The notes under the pieces are model-generated. The model worked only from the letters and a program-made list of their open reading frames with translations, made no database searches and was not told the DNA's origin. A stretch of 45,496 nt of DNA from a virus. This document shows positions 16,256 through 26,205 of this stretch, piece after piece (the stretch's first letter is position 1; every line of letters starts with the position of its first letter). The DNA is taken from the IMG/VR virus record IMGVR_UViG_3300045988_123705, positions 1-45,496 of that record. One strand, 5' to 3'. Both the position numbers and the translations under genes were made by a program.

Positions 16256-17366
16256 ATTCTGGAACTTCAAGAACAAGGGAGATGTTGTTGAACTGTCTAT
16301 TGACGGAGATCTTGTTGATACGAACAGTGAGTTTCTCCTTTGGTGGCTTGGCGGAAAAAGTCCTAATAATTTCAGGAAGGAACTGAAAAAGTACGCAGGC
16401 AAAGACATTCAGGTACGAATTAACAGTTACGGCGGAGATGTTTTTGCCGGAGTAGGGATGTATGACGCACTCATGGAGCATAGACAGACGGGCGGCAAGG
16501 TTAAAACTTATGGCGAAAAAGTATATTCAGCGGCTGTTATGCCGTTCCTTGCGGGCGATGAAAGAGAAATGTCACCTGGCGGAATGCTAATGGTTCACAA
16601 CCCGTTATGCAGTGTGTTCGGATATGCCGATGATTTAAGAAAACGGGCTGACACACTGGATAAGGTAAAAGACAACATCTTGAGTATATATGTACAGGCT
16701 ACGGGATTAGACAAAGACCATCTGTCTGACCTGATGGACAAGGAAACCGAAATGACACCGCAAGAAGCAGTGGATGAGGGATTGGCCACAGGGATTATGG
16801 ATTTTGGTATAACGAATAGTGCTAAAAACGTTGCCAATTATCACGCTATCGTCAACTCGGCTAACATTGCAAGTGCCGGATTGATGAAATATATTGAGTT
16901 GTCCAAAGTGGACAGGAAGGAGACGAATATGGCAGATAAAGTCGTATTCAAGGACACAGAGGAACTCCGCAAGGCATACCCGGCACTTGTAGAGGAAATC
17001 GAAAATGCGGCGAAAACCGCAGGTACAGCCGCCGTTGATGAGGCGGTAAAGGCGGAAAGGGAACGTATGATTGCCCTTGACGCATTAAATGACGGTTCAG
17101 AAGCCGTCAAGAAGATTGTTGATCATGCAAAGAGTGAAGGCAAAACTGCCGATGAAATCTCTTTCTATGTAGACACAATCAAAGAGGCAAAACCGAAAGA
17201 CGCCGAAACATCTAACTATGTGGATCAGGCGATTCAGGATTTTGCTAATTCTGGAGCGGACGGAGTAAAACCCGTGCCGCATGAAACAGAAAATAAAAAA
17301 AGTAAAGACAAAGAATGCGAAGAAATTAGCAATGCGTTCTGTGTTGTCATGAAAGGAGAAAAATAA
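16248..17366 (+). CDS. ClpP/S49-like prohead protease fused to scaffold domain (lambda gpC/Nu3-like)
   Basis: INSYGGDVFAGVGMYDAL...GEKVYSAAVMPFLAGD..MLMVHNP is a ClpP-type serine protease core. The Ala/Glu/Lys-rich C-terminal half is scaffold-like. Confidence 0.85.
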   Translation: MSKFWNFKNKGDVVELSIDGDLVDTNSEFLLWWLGGKSPNNFRKELKKYAGKDIQVRINSYGGDVFAGVGMYDALMEHRQTGGKVKTYGEKVYSAAVMPFLAGDEREMSPGGMLMVHNPLCSVFGYADDLRKRADTLDKVKDNILSIYVQATGLDKDHLSDLMDKETEMTPQEAVDEGLATGIMDFGITNSAKNVANYHAIVNSANIASAGLMKYIELSKVDRKETNMADKVVFKDTEELRKAYPALVEEIENAAKTAGTAAVDEAVKAERERMIALDALNDGSEAVKKIVDHAKSEGKTADEISFYVDTIKEAKPKDAETSNYVDQAIQDFANSGADGVKPVPHETENKKSKDKECEEISNAFCVVMKGEK

Positions 17367-17710
17367 TGGCAGAACTGTTTAAAAACATTGGTGATGTTGC
17401 GTTTGATGGGCTGATTGCAGGAGATCATCCTGTACACCACAGAAACGTAACTCTTTCCGCAGGAGCGGTAATGAAAGCTGGAACATTGCTTACTTTTGAC
17501 GGAACAAGCGGTAAATATGCGGCTACGGCTAAAGGTAAGGTTGCAAGTGCCATTCTGGCACACGACACTACGGCGGCAGATACCGTTGTCAACGTTTACA
17601 CATCCGGCATGTTTATTATTGAAAAACTGATTGCGGCTTCCGGGGATACCGTTGTTGCCCATCAGATTGAATTGGAAGACGCTGGCATTTATATGCAGCA
17701 TGCAATGTAA
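17366..17710 (+). CDS. Head decoration protein (lambda gpD-like)
   Basis: 114 aa between protease and capsid gene. GLIAGDHPV...LSAGAVMKAGTLL...ILAHDT..VVNVYTSGMF pattern of the decoration protein D family. Confidence 0.75.
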   Translation: MAELFKNIGDVAFDGLIAGDHPVHHRNVTLSAGAVMKAGTLLTFDGTSGKYAATAKGKVASAILAHDTTAADTVVNVYTSGMFIIEKLIAASGDTVVAHQIELEDAGIYMQHAM

Positions 17711-17724
17711 CAGGAGGCTAAATA

Positions 17725-18783
17725 ATGGCTAATGTACTTGATATCAACCAGACCAAAACATGGATTGCAGGATTTGAAAAATATTTTCAGCCTGATAATT
17801 TCCTTAGAAAAACATTCTTTGGAGAAGTAATTCCGTTTACTACGGAAAGCGTAATCATGGACTATCGTAAAGGCACAAAGAAAATGGCACCGTTCGTTGT
17901 GCCTGGGAACACGGCAGTATCCGCACGCAGTTCTTTCCAGACCCGTGAATATACTCCGCCTTTTATTTCCCTGAAACGTCCGCTTAGTGTAAGAGACCTC
18001 AAAACACGTTCTTTTGGAGAAAATCCGCTCCAGCCGAAATCCGAAGCAGACCGTGCAAAGGAAATCCGTGTAAGAGATTACAAAGAACTCCATGACATGA
18101 TCGAACGCCGTTTTGAATGGATGTGCGCACAGCTTCTCGTTAATGGCGCTTTTGAAGTAAAAGGTGTTGCTGATGACGGAGATAACGCAGTTGTTGTTAA
18201 AGATACTGTTACGCTTCCCGGATTCACCAATAAGAAGACAGCGGCAGCCGCTGACCAGTGGACGAAAGACACCGCCGACGTGTGGGGACAGATTAACCAG
18301 GTTAGAGTTGACATGAGCAAGACGGGGAATACTCCCACAATGGCAATCATGAACTCCAATACTGCCAAAGCGTTTATGAGCAATAAGTCTGTAAAAGAAA
18401 AGCTGAATATTTCGGATAGCGTGATTGCACAGCTTATCACCGCAAGACCAAAGACTTATGGAGAAAGCCTCACACATTATGCGTTCGCAAATCCAGGCGA
18501 AATTGAAATCCTTGGATATGACGCCGTATATGAAGATGACGCAGGAGCGGTTCAGTATTTCATTCCTGACGGATATGTCGTATTTGTAAAGGCTGGTATC
18601 GGTAAACTTCTGTCCGGCGCCATTACACAGCTTGTTGGTGGTGAATACACTACATTCTCCGGGTTGTTCGTTCCTAAAGAATGGGCAGATGAAGGCACTG
18701 ACACAAAGAACGTTCGTCTTGCAAGCCGTGTAGTACCGCTTGTGGAAGATATCGATTCTTTCTATTCACTTAAAGTATTTTAA
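17725..18783 (+). CDS. Major capsid protein, lambda gpE family
   Basis: 352 aa. N-terminal F..DNFLRKTFFGEV..F.TESVIMDYRKGTKKMAPFV typical of Phage_cap_E. RBS AGGAGG. Confidence 0.9.
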   Translation: MANVLDINQTKTWIAGFEKYFQPDNFLRKTFFGEVIPFTTESVIMDYRKGTKKMAPFVVPGNTAVSARSSFQTREYTPPFISLKRPLSVRDLKTRSFGENPLQPKSEADRAKEIRVRDYKELHDMIERRFEWMCAQLLVNGAFEVKGVADDGDNAVVVKDTVTLPGFTNKKTAAAADQWTKDTADVWGQINQVRVDMSKTGNTPTMAIMNSNTAKAFMSNKSVKEKLNISDSVIAQLITARPKTYGESLTHYAFANPGEIEILGYDAVYEDDAGAVQYFIPDGYVVFVKAGIGKLLSGAITQLVGGEYTTFSGLFVPKEWADEGTDTKNVRLASRVVPLVEDIDSFYSLKVF

Positions 18784-18794
18784 TCGAGGGTAAA

Positions 18795-19139
18795 ATGAAC
18801 ACCTTAGGGGATATCCAATCTGATTTACACGCCAATCTCTTTGACACCGAATACGGTACAGGGCAGAAAGTCTTGTATAGGTTTGTAGACGGCACCGAAA
18901 AAGAGATCGTAGCGGTTGTAAGAACGGCGAATGCAAGAATGCCTGACGCAGAACGGAAAGACCGTTCATACTTGGACGCTTTATTCACTGTAAAAGATGA
19001 AGATATCCCCTTTCCCCAATCGGGGGATACCATCATTTACAACGATGAAGAATATCCATTTTACAGCGTGCACGCAAGGACATTAGGCATGACAGTTATT
19101 CGCTGTGTACAAGGCAGAACGGGGGTAGATTTCCAGTGA
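18795..19139 (+). CDS. Head-tail connector/adaptor protein (putative, by position)
   Basis: 114-aa ORF right after the capsid gene. Confidence 0.4.
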   Translation: MNTLGDIQSDLHANLFDTEYGTGQKVLYRFVDGTEKEIVAVVRTANARMPDAERKDRSYLDALFTVKDEDIPFPQSGDTIIYNDEEYPFYSVHARTLGMTVIRCVQGRTGVDFQ

Positions 19140-19723
19140 TTACCTTTGAACTTGAGTATAAGGATGGCGCTACTCCGCTTGCAATGGCACTGCAAAAGCA
19201 AATGCCGAGGTGGAAACAGTCCGCACTGAAATCAACAGGTTTTATGTTGCGGAAGATGGTTAGGGATGGCATTCAATCCAAAGCTCCTGGCGGTGCTTCA
19301 TATAAGCCGTTGGCAATTACAGGTAAAACACGCCGTTCTATTGAACAGAACCTGCATTCTGGCGGGAAAAGCCGATATATACTCATGGGCAGACTAAAAC
19401 AAGCTGTTGAATACAGCGGTAAGACAGCCGCTATGGGATATGTAAAGGTGGGATGGTTATCACCGTCATCTGCTGAACTTGGTAAAAAACTGCAAGAAGG
19501 TTTTGAATCCGCTGTAACACCGAGAATAAGGCGTGCTTATGCGGCGGCAGGGATTGTTTTATCAAGCCGCAAAAAGAAGTTTAGAACTCCTGCACGTCCT
19601 ACTTTTGACCCGATGATGGCGGCACTCCACAGGGCGGCAGTGAAGAATTTTAACGAAAAGATTACTTCTTATATCAACGGTAATACCGAAAGAAGCCAAT
19701 CAAGACTGGCGAGGTATAGATAA
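19136..19723 (+). CDS. Tail completion / virion morphogenesis protein (putative, by position)
   Basis: GTGA-coupled 195-aa ORF in the head-tail joining block. Confidence 0.4.
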   Translation: MITFELEYKDGATPLAMALQKQMPRWKQSALKSTGFMLRKMVRDGIQSKAPGGASYKPLAITGKTRRSIEQNLHSGGKSRYILMGRLKQAVEYSGKTAAMGYVKVGWLSPSSAELGKKLQEGFESAVTPRIRRAYAAAGIVLSSRKKKFRTPARPTFDPMMAALHRAAVKNFNEKITSYINGNTERSQSRLARYR

Positions 19724-20226
19724 TGAATATGACACTTTCACTCAACGCTATTGCCGAAAAGTGGCTTGACGTGTTGAAAAAATCAAAACTGCTTGAGGAC
19801 TACTGCCAGAAGCATTATCATCGTTCACCAAAATTCTTTATCGGAGCGGATCCGAAAAATCCGCCGCAAGCACCAAACTGCCCGTACATCATGATTATCC
19901 CGACAGGGAAAAGTGAGTGGATGGAGCCGAGCAACACTTATAAACTTCTTGTTGTGGTTGTTATCTCACAGAAAAACAAAAAGGTTGACAATCAAACACT
20001 TTACCCTAAAGACTATGAGCCGTACAAGGTGATTCGAGTGACGGGGAGTTATGAGATCAACGAGATTGCCGACTTGGTTGCATGTGAACTGCAAGATGGC
20101 TGTGAACAACACGAAATGCATGTTGATACGGATGTTATGCCTGAAACCACATTCCCGCAATTTGCGGCGTTGTTAGATATTACAGTAGAAATCACACCAG
20201 CAATGGGTGAAGAATTAACTTACTAA
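19723..20226 (+). CDS. Tail terminator-like protein (putative, by position)
   Basis: 167-aa ORF immediately upstream of the tail tube gene. Confidence 0.35.
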   Translation: MNMTLSLNAIAEKWLDVLKKSKLLEDYCQKHYHRSPKFFIGADPKNPPQAPNCPYIMIIPTGKSEWMEPSNTYKLLVVVVISQKNKKVDNQTLYPKDYEPYKVIRVTGSYEINEIADLVACELQDGCEQHEMHVDTDVMPETTFPQFAALLDITVEITPAMGEELTY

Positions 20227-20237
20227 GGAGAAAAAAT

Positions 20238-21197
20238 ATGGCAACACAAGCTAAAGGTATGAAATCTTCAACCTTGTTTGGGTTTGAGGACAGCTACGGC
20301 ACTAAACAGACTGCCGCGGCAAAAGTTATTAAATTACCGTTTAATTCCAATACGCTATCCAGCACCCAGTCTCTTATCACTCCAGGAACCATCACAGGAA
20401 CAAGAAATCCTGTACAGCCTGGACTTGGGCAGATTGACGTATCTGGGAACATCGTTATCCCGCTTTGCACAAGGAATATCGGGTATCTTTTGAAAGGTGT
20501 GTTTGGTGCACCGACTACAAGTGCTGACGCTTCCGGGAAGATTTATACCCATGTATTTAAACTCACAGAAGAACAGCCTTCCTTCACGATGGAAAAAGGA
20601 TTCAACGATATTGGTAAATACACCGTTTATACGGGCTGTAAAATCAGCAAATTGCAGTTCAACGCAGAAGTAGGGAATAACGAAACCACTGTGCAGGCTG
20701 ACTTGATGGCGGCTGACGAAACCATCGAAAGCTCCACCATTAATGCAAATGCCAAAATGCAGCCGGTATTCCGTTTCGATAACATCAACGCAACGATCAA
20801 ACAGGGCGGAAATATTCTTGGCACTGGCAGAAAAATGAGCCTTGATATTGATTGTGGCTTGGACGGGGATACCTACTGTCTGAACGGCAAGTCTACACGC
20901 CCAGCAATCAATGAAGGTGTTATGGGTCTGTCCGGTTCTCTTACTACCCTGTTTACAGGGCTGGATTTGCTGAATCTTGCCATCAACGGAACAGAAACAA
21001 GCCTTGAACTCTTGTTTAAAGCAGGGAAATTCTCTTTGTCACTGCTTCTTCCTGAAGTACAGTTACAGCGGAAATCCCCTGAAATCAGCGGTTCTAAAGG
21101 CATTACTCTTGACACGGAGTTCCAGGCGTTCTTCTCCGATGACGCACAGAAATCCGCTATTGTTGCAACGTTGGTCAACGACGTTGCGTCCTATTAA
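20238..21197 (+). CDS. Major tail (tube) protein
   Basis: 319-aa ORF with strong RBS (AAGGAG) directly upstream of the G/GT chaperone pair and tape measure. Confidence 0.65.
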   Translation: MATQAKGMKSSTLFGFEDSYGTKQTAAAKVIKLPFNSNTLSSTQSLITPGTITGTRNPVQPGLGQIDVSGNIVIPLCTRNIGYLLKGVFGAPTTSADASGKIYTHVFKLTEEQPSFTMEKGFNDIGKYTVYTGCKISKLQFNAEVGNNETTVQADLMAADETIESSTINANAKMQPVFRFDNINATIKQGGNILGTGRKMSLDIDCGLDGDTYCLNGKSTRPAINEGVMGLSGSLTTLFTGLDLLNLAINGTETSLELLFKAGKFSLSLLLPEVQLQRKSPEISGSKGITLDTEFQAFFSDDAQKSAIVATLVNDVASY

Positions 21198-21532
21198 TGG
21201 AGGTTTCTATGGCAGTGAAAAAAGCTAAGAGTTCTGGGAATCCTGTAAGAGACGAACTCTTCCGCCTGATGAAAGAGGGGAAACTTCCGCAGGTAAGGGC
21301 GCTTACGAGAAAAGAACGCAAAGAATTGACGGAATCGGGCTATGACTTGTACCAGCCTAAGGTCGATGAAAACACCATCATTCCAGCGCTTGAAATGAAA
21401 TGTACGGACTGGATTATCGATCACATTTATCCTGATTTTAACTGGGATGACGTCCCCAGTAATGTGGTAAATATCTTTGCAGGCTTTACACTTGGACTGA
21501 CTTACGGGAATGAACTGATCGAAAAAAACTGA
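21197..21532 (+). CDS. Tail assembly chaperone (gpG-like)
   Basis: 111-aa acidic ORF before the tape measure. Ends 3 nt after slippery A_AAA_AAC. Confidence 0.75.
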   Translation: MEVSMAVKKAKSSGNPVRDELFRLMKEGKLPQVRALTRKERKELTESGYDLYQPKVDENTIIPALEMKCTDWIIDHIYPDFNWDDVPSNVVNIFAGFTLGLTYGNELIEKN

Positions 21533-21867
21533 TTGACGCTTGGGAATGGGCGGTAGTAGGCAGAAAGTATTGTGACGCCGCTTGCGGTGGATACGGTAAG
21601 AATATGAGAAAGTGTGCTAACTGCCCTGACCGCCCGCCTAAGCTGTTCCCTGAAAATGTAAAAGTGTGGGAATTATGGAACGCCGCATGTACACAATGGC
21701 GTACTTCCTTTGGGGGAGTAGTCGGGCTTGATTATACAGCGGTAGCGTACATCGCTAAAGCAATGGATGTTGACATGAATCCCGCAACGATAAGAAAGTT
21801 GAAAAAACTTGAGACTTACGAATTAGAACGACTGAACAAGCAGGAGGAAGACGATGGCAAGAAATGA
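21197..21867 (+). CDS. Tail assembly chaperone frameshift product (gpGT-like), -1 shift at 21523..21529
   Basis: The -1 frame is open from 21514 through track ORF 21604..21867. The slip gives ...NELIEKK-LIDAWEWAVVGRKYCDAACGG.... Confidence 0.7.
21523..21529 (+). promoter_or_regulatory. Programmed -1 ribosomal frameshift heptamer A_AAA_AAC
   Basis: Zero-frame codons gaA AAA AAC tga. Canonical X_XXY_YYZ in the conserved G/GT position. Confidence 0.7.
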
Positions 21868-24800
21868 TGTAGAAATAAAAATAACAGCGAAAGACGCCGC
21901 TTCCCCTGCGTTTGCACGGTTGGTTAAATCCGCTGAAAGAGCACAACACTCTATCGGCGGACTTGGCGAATCTGCAAGCAGAATGAATGGTCTGTTTATG
22001 AATTTAACAGGCTTTGCCGCTGCCGCAACAGGGATTTACGGGTTTACTGAAACCGTTGGGAAAGCAACGGAAGAAATCCTTGATTACTATAAAATCATGC
22101 AGCAGGGGGCGATTGCCACTGCCGGTACATTGATGTCCGTTGGGCAGATTGACGGCAAGGATTTAGGCTGGAATGACGCCTTGGCAATGAGTACTGGTTT
22201 AATGAAGAAGCTTGCTGATCAGGCTATTGCAACAGGTGTAAGTACAAAGGAACTGGCTTATGTCTTCCGTGCAGGGTTAGCACCAGCGCTCCGTGGCGGT
22301 ATGAATGTCGAACAGTATACAAAACTTCTTGCGCCTTTAACCGCAGTAGGCAAGATGTTAGGGCTGAATGACACTAACCTAATGCGTGATATTTCCGATA
22401 TCATGAGCGGTCTTAACGTTTCCCGCACTAAAATGGGGCAGGTACTCGGTATCACTGGGGCGGAAGTAAAAAAAGCGTCCGCAGAGGGGAAACTGTTTGA
22501 ATACCTAAACATGCGCCTTCAAGGTGAAGTTATGGCTACAACAAAGTACCTTGAGACATGGGAAGGACGTGTAAACCACCTGAAAGAAGCTGTTGCACGT
22601 GTAGGCGGCGAGAGCATGAAGGGTGCTTTTGACACAATAAAAGAAGATATACAGGCGGTCGCTGAACGGTTGGTCATTGTTGACACTAAAACGCAGGAAA
22701 TCTATATCAGAAATGACGCCATGGAAACATTCAAAAAGATGAATGATCTTATTGTGTCTGCCGAACAGCAAATAGGCGGACTGATTTCAGATATAGGGAA
22801 TGTAGGGTCTGCCCTTAATGTAGGCGGTGCTTCTCTTGAAACAATCAAATTTGCGGTAGACCACTTAAGGGAAGGCATTGAACTGTATGCGCTCCTCACG
22901 GCTACAAGCAAAGCCAGAGAGTTTGTAAACGGCGTGACACTTGCCTTTAATCAGCAGGCAGCCGCACAGGGAGTAGTACAGCGAATAGCCGCTTCTGCCG
23001 GACGTGAGATTATGGTTCAGCAGAAAGCCATAACTGACGCCGTTAATGAAGAGACAACGGCGATGGTTAAAGGCAATAAGGAACTGGCAAAGAAAGTTAA
23101 ACTTGCCAATGACCTTGTTATTGCGGAAAGCAAGCGTGCCCAAAACAGAGCCGTAAGAATTGGCGCAGGTGTAACAAGCAATTACAGCAATATTGCGAAT
23201 GAAGCAGGAGTATATACCGCCGCAGCAGCCGAAAAGGTAGCCGCTGAAAATGCGGTTGCTTCTGCCGCATATAGAACGACGGCGGCTTATGGAGTACAGC
23301 AGGCAGCCGTAAGAAATAACATGGTCGCTTCCGCCGAAGCAGGCTATGTTATTCAGCGTGCGGAAAATAATAAAAGCGCCGCCGCCGCCAAAACGACTGC
23401 CGCATTGAAAGTACAGCAGGCTCAATATGCCATGGTAGGCGCTGCCGCTACATCAACAGGGGTTGTTGCCAATAGGGCGATGACTTCACAGCTTGGCATG
23501 ATGGCAAAGGTCACCAGAGGGATTAAGGGGATGGCTGCCGCTGTATATGCGCTTTCCGGCGGATGGATCGGGCTTGCCGTTGTTGCAGGATACGCAGGGT
23601 ACGAAATGTACCGTGCAAAAATGGACAATAATGCCGCTATGAAAGAAAACGACATTACCCTTGATAACGGTACCAGAGTAACTAAAAACAAAGACGGCAA
23701 ATACTATGTATGGGGTAGTAAAACCTATACGGATGAATTTGGGGAAGAAGTAACATCATCCCCAGGATGGCTGGCAATGGGCGATTCAATAAAGGATCGC
23801 TTTGATAGATACGCTTATGATTCCGAACTTGAAAAGAGGGAAATTACAAGAGAAGCGCAGGCACAGGCAGAAGCGCTAACGAGATCAGAACGTGTCCGTT
23901 CACAGATGAACGGGATTCTTGGTCGGGCTAACGATATTTCTTACCGCAACATGGATGGGGCAGAAGATCAGGAAACTGCAAAGAAAGCCGCTGACGCACA
24001 CGAAAAGTATAATTCTGTATTACAGCAGAACGGAGACCTCATCAACAAAGCCAATGCAAAGATGAGAGATATTATTTCCTCATTGCAAGAACAGCTGATG
24101 AAGATAAACGGCTCAAAATATGATGAAGACATCGCCAGCGCAAGAAAATCTTTTATGTCAACGCAAAAGAACATTGCGGAAAGCAAAACGGCGCTAAAGA
24201 GCATAAAACCATCTGTACTTGCCTTGGCGTCTGGTGGCGGTAATGCCTCTATGGTAGAAGAAGCCGCTAACCACTTGGGTGAACAGTGGGGCGTGAATAC
24301 TTGCGCTGAATTTGTCTCAGGAATAGCAAAAGCAGTAGGGATTGACAGTGTTAATTCAACCTGGGTGCCTGATATTATAAACAGCGCACAAAATAAAGAC
24401 GCTTACTATGGCAGAGACAGCGGATACTTACCGCAAAACGGAGATCTTGTCATCTGGGGCGGCGATGAACATATTGGGATTTCCGATGGCGCAGGCGGGC
24501 ATATATCCAGTGATACCCACGGGGTAGTCCATGTAGACGCCTCACAGGAAGACACCTATTATGGAAAGCCTGTATCCGGATATATTTCAATGGCGCAAAT
24601 GCAGGGGAGCGTCAATCTTGCGCCAACAAGCAGAGAGACCTATACGCCTTATGGAGTTGATCTTGCTAATTCCATGAATGAAAAACTCTTTGATGAAAGA
24701 GTGAAAGAAGCGAAGAAAAATCTTGCCACAAGACAGCGGAAACAAGATTCTGAAACATTAATCAATATGCTTTCCACGGCGGTGAGTGATGAACGTGACG

Positions 24801-25864
24801 CTGTTCTTGCTCAACAGTTAGAAGAAAAGATTGCCGAACTCAAGGAGCGCCGTGAAGAGATTTACAAGGCAATCGCAGGTGACACTTCCGATAAAGAAGA
24901 AGTGGCAAGGGCTAATCTTGCGACAGATAAGGCGATAGCGGCGGAAGAAGCCAAAATTCGCATGGAATCCTTTAACCAGCAGCAGGAACTTGATGAAAAA
25001 CGTCTCGAAGAACGCATTAAACATAACCAGAACCTGTTTTACACGGAGCAGGCAACGCAGAATGAGATTTTAAGCATGAACCGTGCCGCCCTTGAGGAAT
25101 ATATCGGTCTGCTAAGAGAAAAGCTCGGAAACGACAAACTAACCGCAATACAGAGGTTTGAAGTTGAAGGACAGCTTTCCGACAGCATAAAGAAACTGAA
25201 CGAAAACAGATACAGAGACTTTTCACAGATAAGCGAAAAAATAAAAGAACTCATGCGGAATGATGTGTTGGATTATGGGTCTATTGTTGAAGATGGCTAT
25301 AACTCGATAAAGTCTACATTTACCAGTTTTGGGCAGAATATGCTGACTGAATCAAAAAGTGTCAAAGAACGTCTTGAAAACCTGTTCAGGGATTTAGCGA
25401 ACAACATCCTTAATATGGGAATGAAAATGGCGATGAACGGGATTTGGTCTAATCTTATCGGCGGATTGACAAGAGGATTTGGCGCAAGTCCGATGGGGCA
25501 TGCGACTGGCGGATACATCACCGGTCCAGGTACAAGTACAAGTGACAGCATACCCGCATACCTTTCCAATGGAGAGTATGTGGTAAACGCAAGCGCTGTA
25601 AATCGTGTAGGAGTTAGTTTCCTTGACAGTATCAACAGTGGATATATCAAACGCTTTGCGACAGGCGGAATGGTAGGGAATGCTCCATCAGGAAGCGCAG
25701 GAAAACCAAATTTCAAGGTAAACATTACAAATAACACTGGGAACGAAATAAGCGCCGAAAACTCCGACATCAATTTTGACGGAGAAAGTTATGTATTGAG
25801 CATTGTTGTGAATGGCATTGCCACTAACAAAATGGGCATGCGTACATTATTGAAAGGGATATAA
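21854..25864 (+). CDS. Tape measure protein with embedded CHAP/NlpC-P60-type peptidoglycan hydrolase domain
   Basis: 1336 aa, Ala-rich helical repeats, TM-like segment (GGWIGLAVVAGYAGY). CHAP-like block GVNTCAEFVSG...GDLVIWGGDEHIGIS at about nt 24250-24600. Confidence 0.9.
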   Translation: MARNDVEIKITAKDAASPAFARLVKSAERAQHSIGGLGESASRMNGLFMNLTGFAAAATGIYGFTETVGKATEEILDYYKIMQQGAIATAGTLMSVGQIDGKDLGWNDALAMSTGLMKKLADQAIATGVSTKELAYVFRAGLAPALRGGMNVEQYTKLLAPLTAVGKMLGLNDTNLMRDISDIMSGLNVSRTKMGQVLGITGAEVKKASAEGKLFEYLNMRLQGEVMATTKYLETWEGRVNHLKEAVARVGGESMKGAFDTIKEDIQAVAERLVIVDTKTQEIYIRNDAMETFKKMNDLIVSAEQQIGGLISDIGNVGSALNVGGASLETIKFAVDHLREGIELYALLTATSKAREFVNGVTLAFNQQAAAQGVVQRIAASAGREIMVQQKAITDAVNEETTAMVKGNKELAKKVKLANDLVIAESKRAQNRAVRIGAGVTSNYSNIANEAGVYTAAAAEKVAAENAVASAAYRTTAAYGVQQAAVRNNMVASAEAGYVIQRAENNKSAAAAKTTAALKVQQAQYAMVGAAATSTGVVANRAMTSQLGMMAKVTRGIKGMAAAVYALSGGWIGLAVVAGYAGYEMYRAKMDNNAAMKENDITLDNGTRVTKNKDGKYYVWGSKTYTDEFGEEVTSSPGWLAMGDSIKDRFDRYAYDSELEKREITREAQAQAEALTRSERVRSQMNGILGRANDISYRNMDGAEDQETAKKAADAHEKYNSVLQQNGDLINKANAKMRDIISSLQEQLMKINGSKYDEDIASARKSFMSTQKNIAESKTALKSIKPSVLALASGGGNASMVEEAANHLGEQWGVNTCAEFVSGIAKAVGIDSVNSTWVPDIINSAQNKDAYYGRDSGYLPQNGDLVIWGGDEHIGISDGAGGHISSDTHGVVHVDASQEDTYYGKPVSGYISMAQMQGSVNLAPTSRETYTPYGVDLANSMNEKLFDERVKEAKKNLATRQRKQDSETLINMLSTAVSDERDAVLAQQLEEKIAELKERREEIYKAIAGDTSDKEEVARANLATDKAIAAEEAKIRMESFNQQQELDEKRLEERIKHNQNLFYTEQATQNEILSMNRAALEEYIGLLREKLGNDKLTAIQRFEVEGQLSDSIKKLNENRYRDFSQISEKIKELMRNDVLDYGSIVEDGYNSIKSTFTSFGQNMLTESKSVKERLENLFRDLANNILNMGMKMAMNGIWSNLIGGLTRGFGASPMGHATGGYITGPGTSTSDSIPAYLSNGEYVVNASAVNRVGVSFLDSINSGYIKRFATGGMVGNAPSGSAGKPNFKVNITNNTGNEISAENSDINFDGESYVLSIVVNGIATNKMGMRTLLKGI

Positions 25865-26205
25865 TGATTACTTTTCCGAACATTATGCCACCGTCCTATC
25901 CTCTTAAAGAAAAATACGAGGACAACACAATCAGAAGTACCATGGAAGACGGTTCCGTTATTACACGAAGAAAATTCACAAGAAGCAGAGCAACATTTAC
26001 ATTGCAGTATGACGCCTTGCCGATTGCACAGTATACTTCCTTGATTGATTTTTTTAGGAAAACAACGTTTATGGGGGCAAAGCCGTTTGAGTGGACACAT
26101 CCTGAAACAAAGAAGAAATATACAGTAAGGCTGAAAGAATTGGGAGATTTTGAGTTGAGTGTCATCGGGATCTATAAAGGTTCTGTGACACTGGAGGAAG
26201 TATGA
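25864..26205 (+). CDS. Minor tail protein, lambda gpM-like
   Basis: 113 aa directly after the tape measure. Layout ...RRKFTRSRATFTLQYDALP..YTSLIDFF...GAKPFEWTHP parallels gpM. Confidence 0.6.
   Translation: MITFPNIMPPSYPLKEKYEDNTIRSTMEDGSVITRRKFTRSRATFTLQYDALPIAQYTSLIDFFRKTTFMGAKPFEWTHPETKKKYTVRLKELGDFELSVIGIYKGSVTLEEV

Noticed and set aside
17689-18477. 262-aa minus-strand ORF, and other long antisense ORFs such as 22865..23425, 25297..25773, 11879..12421 and 17234..17701
   Set aside because: They lie entirely inside strongly supported plus-strand genes (capsid, tape measure, terS/cos region, decoration). They have Cys/Phe/Ser-rich low-plausibility sequences and no RBS. They are shadow ORFs.
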